Assembly: GCA_963693365.1 (NCBI GenBank)
Contig: CAVNZM010000002.1
Location: 12,394,328-12,458,327 of the forward strand
Reading direction: 5' to 3'
Source of the DNA: Amoebidium appalachense
Taxonomy: Eukaryota; Protista; Ichthyosporea
DNA length: 64,000 bases
This document shows positions 40,026-64,000 of the stretch, in pieces; positions within the stretch are counted from its first letter, which is position 1, and each line of letters begins with the position of its first letter. The position numbers were made by a program, and so were the translations under genes. Below the pieces are notes generated by a model. That model did not search any database. It saw only the letters and a list, made by a program, of their open reading frames with translations, and was not told the origin of the DNA.

Positions 40026-40813
40026 AGCGGAGGGGGCCGGGGGAGCCTCCGGGGGGTGGAGGCGGGGCGGGGGGATATAAAGACCAGGCTCTAAAAACCG
40101 AAATTCGAGGTTGCCCTTCTCCTAGCTCCGCCTCCGCCACAACAACACCCACTTCTTCAACCCTTTCGAAAAAATCTTGCAACATAGGGACCAGCTGTTG
40201 TTCGACAATTGGCCATGCCGCAGCCGGGGTGGGTTTGTAATTAGTGGTGTCCATGCTGTGATCATGATGACGGGTCGGCTGCGGGTTGGAAGGTGATGCT
40301 GATGGTGCGAACCAGCGACATGTGCACCCTACGCCACCTCATGCATTGAATTGCAGTGAAATGGATTTTGAACAGATGCCGATCCTGATGGCAGAATGTG
40401 GCTATGAGACTACCTGTGAACACGGCTTCGGAGATGCGTGCTTCATGCGCATGTGTGTATGCGCATGATGATACTTGCTCCCAGCCTGCATAGCCCACAC
40501 CCCAAAACTTCTACCAACAGTGGGGCTCTGCATCCACAGCGACCCTTTCCCCTGCTTCCTGTTTTGCTCTTCCGAGAACTTCGAATGGCCATCCGGGCAG
40601 CTCATCTGGCATGCAATTGTCTCCCGAGATCATTTGGGCTGATAAGAGAACCCGTTTTCATTGGCTTCTGCAGGGTATCTCCCACGAGGACGAAAAGTTC
40701 GCGCTTCCGCATACGTATATCATTTACACCTATTGTAAATAAAGTGTTGGACGACCATGCAACGCTGCAGTCACACTACCCAAAAGCGCGTATAACGCAA
40801 TACACCATTAGAT

Positions 40814-40848
<35 letters not shown>

Positions 40849-41213
40849 AACTTTTATAATCTGTAGCATATCATGGCCTTGCGGACCCAGGTCAGCGGGC
40901 CCATATACAAGATGCATGTAAAAAAGCCCAATCGGCTTTCAGAAGGAAGTTTAGGGTGAATGTAGCCAGCGGTCATGTACCGTTGAACGATGCCTGTTGA
41001 GCATATAACTCATAACTCAAGAAAGCTCAACGACAAGACTGTAACTGTAATATCTTTATGTAGTTCTGGAGGAATAGGTGTATTACAGTGGCCATAAATT
41101 ATGAATATTAACCGTTTGAAACGGTATCTCTTCATATCCCCGTCGACTGTAACACATAGGCAGTGCTAGCCGAGTAACGACAGGCCTTAAGCCTGTCTCC
41201 TCAATGCCTCAAC

Positions 41214-57253
<16,040 letters not shown>

Positions 57254-58058
57254 TGTTTTGTTTGAGTTGTGTGAATGTGGCGCGTTTTCGAACGAGAAAA
57301 TGTATACAAGCATTTCCCCTGCTCATTTTAATTTGCCTTCGGTGTACGGTTGGTGAACACATTTTTGTTTGTATGTTTGCCCATATGATGACTGTGGGAG
57401 ACAGGAAATAGGGTGCTAGTTTAAACCCTTATTTGCAAACGTATGCATGCTTGCTAGCGAAAGTGTTACCAAACTATGAGTTAATTGTATGCTCTGAGCC
57501 TAGTGTACATGTAATTAGTGAACAGGAAGCTTCAGACAGTCACTATCATTAAGCAATATTACTTTTATTCGAATTATAATTCTGGATGACTCGGCAAAAG
57601 ATCATGAAGTGATATCGCAATTGATGCCACAAAAATTCTTAGCCTATATATAGAAACTTCCATTTGCGTAGTCTTGAGGTGACAAAAAAAAAAAAAAAAA
57701 AAAACGTAAATTCATGATGTAAAGAATCGGATTCCTTGGGGCTGGTACCTGCCACAAGGACAGAAATATCGAATCGTGGTAACTAAAACGGAAAACCCAA
57801 ATGGTACTACTAAAGGACTATGATGTATTTGCGAACAAGCAAGATATCTGTGTATAGTAAAACGAAAGGGCCCTCTGGCAGTATGACTTAATTTTGAATT
57901 AACTGTAAATTATAGAATTTAACTGTATACTGTGTTGCTTCATAAGGGGATCCGCGGCCGGCGACTGCAGCTGGCAATCGCCCAAAGCGCTCCGTGGGGT
58001 CTCAGGCCAGACCCAATTGGCATTGGAAAATTTTCAAGTGGTATAATGTCGTTTGTGT

Positions 58059-58101
<43 letters not shown>

Positions 58102-58220
58102 CGGGGAGTACGCCTTTTCTGAGGAGGGAGAAACTTTTCATGTTGCGGCATCCGATATAGTCACGTGTACGGGCATCATGAGGTGTGCCGCCACGTCTTA
58201 AACTTAATCATACCATATTC

Positions 58221-58414
58221 ACTATGGGGTGGTCAGAGCAAAAATCGTGTTTTGACGACATAGGGATGTGAGCCACATGGTGAAATCTGCCTCGATTTGA
58301 TTGGTGCGGTTCAATGGCTGACATGCCGAACCAATCAAATCGAGGCAGATTTCACCACGTGGCTCGCATCCCTATGTCGTCAAAACACGATTCTTGCTCT
58401 GACCACCCCATAAT
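58221..58414. mobile_element. Almost fully palindromic MITE (~85-bp arms); family of 3849-4223
   Basis: tatggggtggtcagagcaaaaatcgtgttttgacgacatagggatg...gatttgattggt pairs with accaatcaaatc...catccctatgtcgtcaaaacacgattcttgctctgaccaccccata. Confidence 0.88.
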
Positions 58415-58526
58415 AGAGGCAGGAACGATGTCGTACTCACTGAATGTGTCACGTGCGTGTGTCTGCGTGCGGAAATGTGCACGCGCGCAGTGTGCCCACA
58501 GAAAGCTACAGCGTGTAAGTGTGTCC

Positions 58527-58626
<100 letters not shown>

Positions 58627-58816
58627 TGTGTGCGTGTGTGTGTGCGCAAGTCACATGGTGTTTGTTTTTTTCTCTTGCCTATAACAATTGTCAATACTAG
58701 TGTGCAAGTGCCACGTGTGTTCGTTTTGTTTGAGTGAACAGCATCTGCATTACATCAGCACACATGGAAACGGTAGAGGGACCTCCGCACGCTTGTGATC
58801 GAGGGTGTGTGTGTGT

Positions 58817-58861
<45 letters not shown>

Positions 58862-59024
58862 TTCATGGGTCGTGAGAATGAGACCTTGCGAGACGGCCTC
58901 TGTAAGCATCATGGCTGAGTCTGATATTTTCAGATCGTGACCGTGGCTAATCAGATGGATAACCGGTCTCTCTTTGCCTCGAGTAAACAGCGTAAACAGA
59001 GCCTTTTACGTTTTGCCTGGGATT

Positions 59025-59027
<3 letters not shown>

Positions 59028-59103
<76 letters not shown>
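59028..59103. repeat. (TA)n microsatellite
   Basis: Perfect dinucleotide run. Confidence 0.95.
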
Positions 59104-59106
<3 letters not shown>

Positions 59107-59579
59107 TATATAATGTATGTACTGTATGTATTAAAACCGCTAACCTTTGACTGAACCATAAACCTAAATGGGGAGGGAGCCAATATGTACAATCATTTCA
59201 TGATATCCATGTAATGCACAGATAATACATAACCAGTCACTAATTGGTGGGTGGGTCCCCCAGACTCTAAGACTTGTGGGTCCTCCCCCTCTCCCTCTCC
59301 CCTCTCCTCCGTCCCTTACCCTCCTCCACCGAAAATCAAGGCGGGGGGCAGGGGGCGGCGGCGGGGGTGGGGCGGGGCGGGGGGAGGGGGGGGGGGGGGG
59401 GGGGGGGGCAGAGTCTCATGAGACTCTGTTTATAGTTCAGAATGGCTGTCTGATAATATTGTGCCTACGGCTTAGTTGGCAGTGGTGGTATATAATTGCG
59501 GCCACTGCAGGGCCTCAGAAGTGTTCTATGATTATTTTTAAAAGTCAATCTGACTACGGTTTTTGTGTGACACGATGTG

Positions 59580-59720
<141 letters not shown>

Positions 59721-59760
59721 CACTGAGTGTGTGTGTGTGTGTATATATACATGTGTGTGT

Positions 59761-60297
<537 letters not shown>

Positions 60298-60434
60298 AGG
60301 TAGGTGACCTAGAATTTGCCGAGGCTATCATCACAGCCGGATGTATTTGAGGTCCTCAGGGGCACCTTGCTGGTTTTTTGTGACTCAGTGACAAACAATA
60401 TGGCGATTTGGTGAGTAACATACACACACGTAGG

Positions 60435-60524
<90 letters not shown>

Positions 60525-60736
60525 GCCTCACAACGCACGCGCACACACCACACGTGCGCGCGCGCACACACACACACACACTGACATGCACGCAAAAAGC
60601 AAAAAAAGAAAGAGGGGGGGGGGGGGGGGGGGGGGAATGCAGGCGAATCCTGGGAAACTCGGGCCATCAGGCTCATTACAAGTACCATATACCACGGTGA
60701 CCGAGACTGTGACGCTCAATGCAGACTCAATAAACA

Positions 60737-60767
<31 letters not shown>

Positions 60768-60833
60768 GCACACACACAAACACATTTGCACACACAAAGA
60801 ATGACACCGTATGACATACACACAGGTGGTGTA

Positions 60834-61045
60834 GGGCCCAACCATCTCGGCAGATTCAGCTTGCTCCAAGCCGAATGATTCTGCAGAAAGCAGACTTATT
60901 CTGCATCAGAATAACTTTCTGTGGATTATGTGCAAAAAGCAGAAAAATTGTTCTGCAGAAAGCCGAATGATTCTGCAACATGAATACCGTATGATACTGC
61001 TGAAGGCAGAATGCTTCTGCTCTTAGCCAAAGAATTCTTCAAAAG
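60834..61045 (+). mobile_element. Truncated copy of the GGGCCCAACC-TIR element
   Basis: gggcccaaccatctcggcagattcagcttg followed by degenerate gaatgattctgc units. No right TIR. Confidence 0.6.
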
Positions 61046-61048
61046 GCA

Positions 61049-61708
<660 letters not shown>

Positions 61709-61709
61709 A

Positions 61710-61744
<35 letters not shown>

Positions 61745-62073
61745 CCACACCCACACCCACACACACACAGTGACTGACACTGTGAGACACACACACACAC
61801 ACACGCACACACAGACACACACACACACACACACACACGGTGTTTATCGGCATGTTTCTGTGTGATTGTGCATGACGTGTGTATGCCATGTGTATGTGCG
61901 AGCTTAAAGCTCGTGAGTGTTTTGTTGCCAGCAGCGGTGAGCAGAGGCGAAGCTGGGGCGTTTTCTTTTCTTTTCTTTTTCTTTTTTTTTTCGCTTTTCG
62001 TTTCAACTTCTTTTCTTCTTCTTCTTCTTTTCCTTCCCAACTTTTTTTTTTTTTTTTTTTTTTTTTCCAACTT

Positions 62074-62111
<38 letters not shown>

Positions 62112-62227
62112 AGAAAGGTAAAGGCGGAGGCGGGGAACACAAACAGGGAGGGAGGGAGAGAGAGAGGAGGGGAAGGGGGAGAGGAAGAGGGGAGAGAGAG
62201 AAAGGGCCGGGGGGGGTGGGGAAAGAA

Positions 62228-62999
<772 letters not shown>

Positions 63000-63045
63000 C
63001 TCAGTCTCTCCCCCCTCCCCCTCCCCCCAGGCTCTCTCTCTCGCC

Positions 63046-63084
<39 letters not shown>

Positions 63085-63949
63085 CTCCCCCGGCCCCGTC
63101 TCTTATTGGACAAAGTTGAATCGTCATGTCGGAAGGAGTTGCGCCATTGACTCATGAGTCCCGCTGTCCGGGCTGTGCAGTAGGGCCTTATGAAAAGATC
63201 CCGTGTATCTAGGTGATATTCAGGGGCAAGTTGGATACCAGATATATCTGGTGATAATCATGACACCCCCGAGATCTGTCCGGTGATATTCTGGAGGGTG
63301 CAAAAATTGATATATCAAAATGGATCTCTGAAGAGGTGATATATCCTGCGCTCAGAGGCGGGATATATCACGTCCACCTAAGGGGTATTATAGGAGTTAT
63401 CTAATATGTGTTGTGGGGTTTCCACTAGGGAGTTTTGCCGCCAAAGGCTGCCAATCAAGCAAGAGGTAAACAAGCCAAAAAAAGTAATGAATGTTTCAAT
63501 AGCCATATTTGGGCAGTTGGATTTCACATAGAACCAATGTGCCAAGCTCCCGCCTCATACGCCTGGAAACTACCAATCACTCAAGTTCCGGCCCCAGGCA
63601 GGCGGTTTTGACAGTTGACACATGTGCGACTTCTTTTCATCGGTATAATAAAGAGTGGTATTTGGGCTTTCTCGGGCAGTTCTCCCACTTCAGACACGTT
63701 TACTTTTTGTGAAACCAAGCGTTCTTAACCACGCGCAGTCATGTCTGCCGCCGCCTTTTCTATGGCGGCCATCATCGGCACTGGCGAGAGTGCCTCGGTA
63801 GAGCTCAAGCATCAAACCTTTGGCTTAAGAAGTGCCCTTTATTCCATTACACTAGTACAAGCCTTAGTGACTCCCGTCGCTCCCCCCCCCCCCCCCCCCC
63901 CCCCCCTTCTCCCTTAGTATATATACCACACTCAATTGCAACACACAGC

Positions 63950-64000
<51 letters not shown>

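Overview
Eukaryotic, intron-rich, microsatellite-rich DNA. Most ORF-track entries are artefacts of (CA)n/(GT)n and poly-C/G tracts. Four spliced genes can be assembled by hand with phase-compatible GT-AG junctions: (1) a 5'-partial MFS/GLUT-type sugar transporter (+, <1-2828); (2) a secreted trypsin-like S1 protease with an acidic linker and a C-terminal domain resembling bacterial pre-peptidase C-terminal modules (-, 6371-17270); (3) a Myt1/Wee1-family kinase (+, 23627-35181); (4) a receptor tyrosine kinase with a GGA[IV]..FxxN beta-helix repeat ectodomain (+, 41214-57253). This gene set suggests a unicellular holozoan such as an ichthyosporean (inference only). Intergenic DNA holds several TIR/MITE families and fragments of a probable non-LTR retrotransposon. 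The most unusual signal is an intronic repeat family with about 9 copies. Every copy lies in the same orientation relative to host transcription. Most share a 3' end abutting a poly(C) run and vary at the 5' end. The family carries a ~160-nt four-way-junction RNA fold with compensatory changes between subfamilies. No tRNA, rRNA or CRISPR array was recognised.
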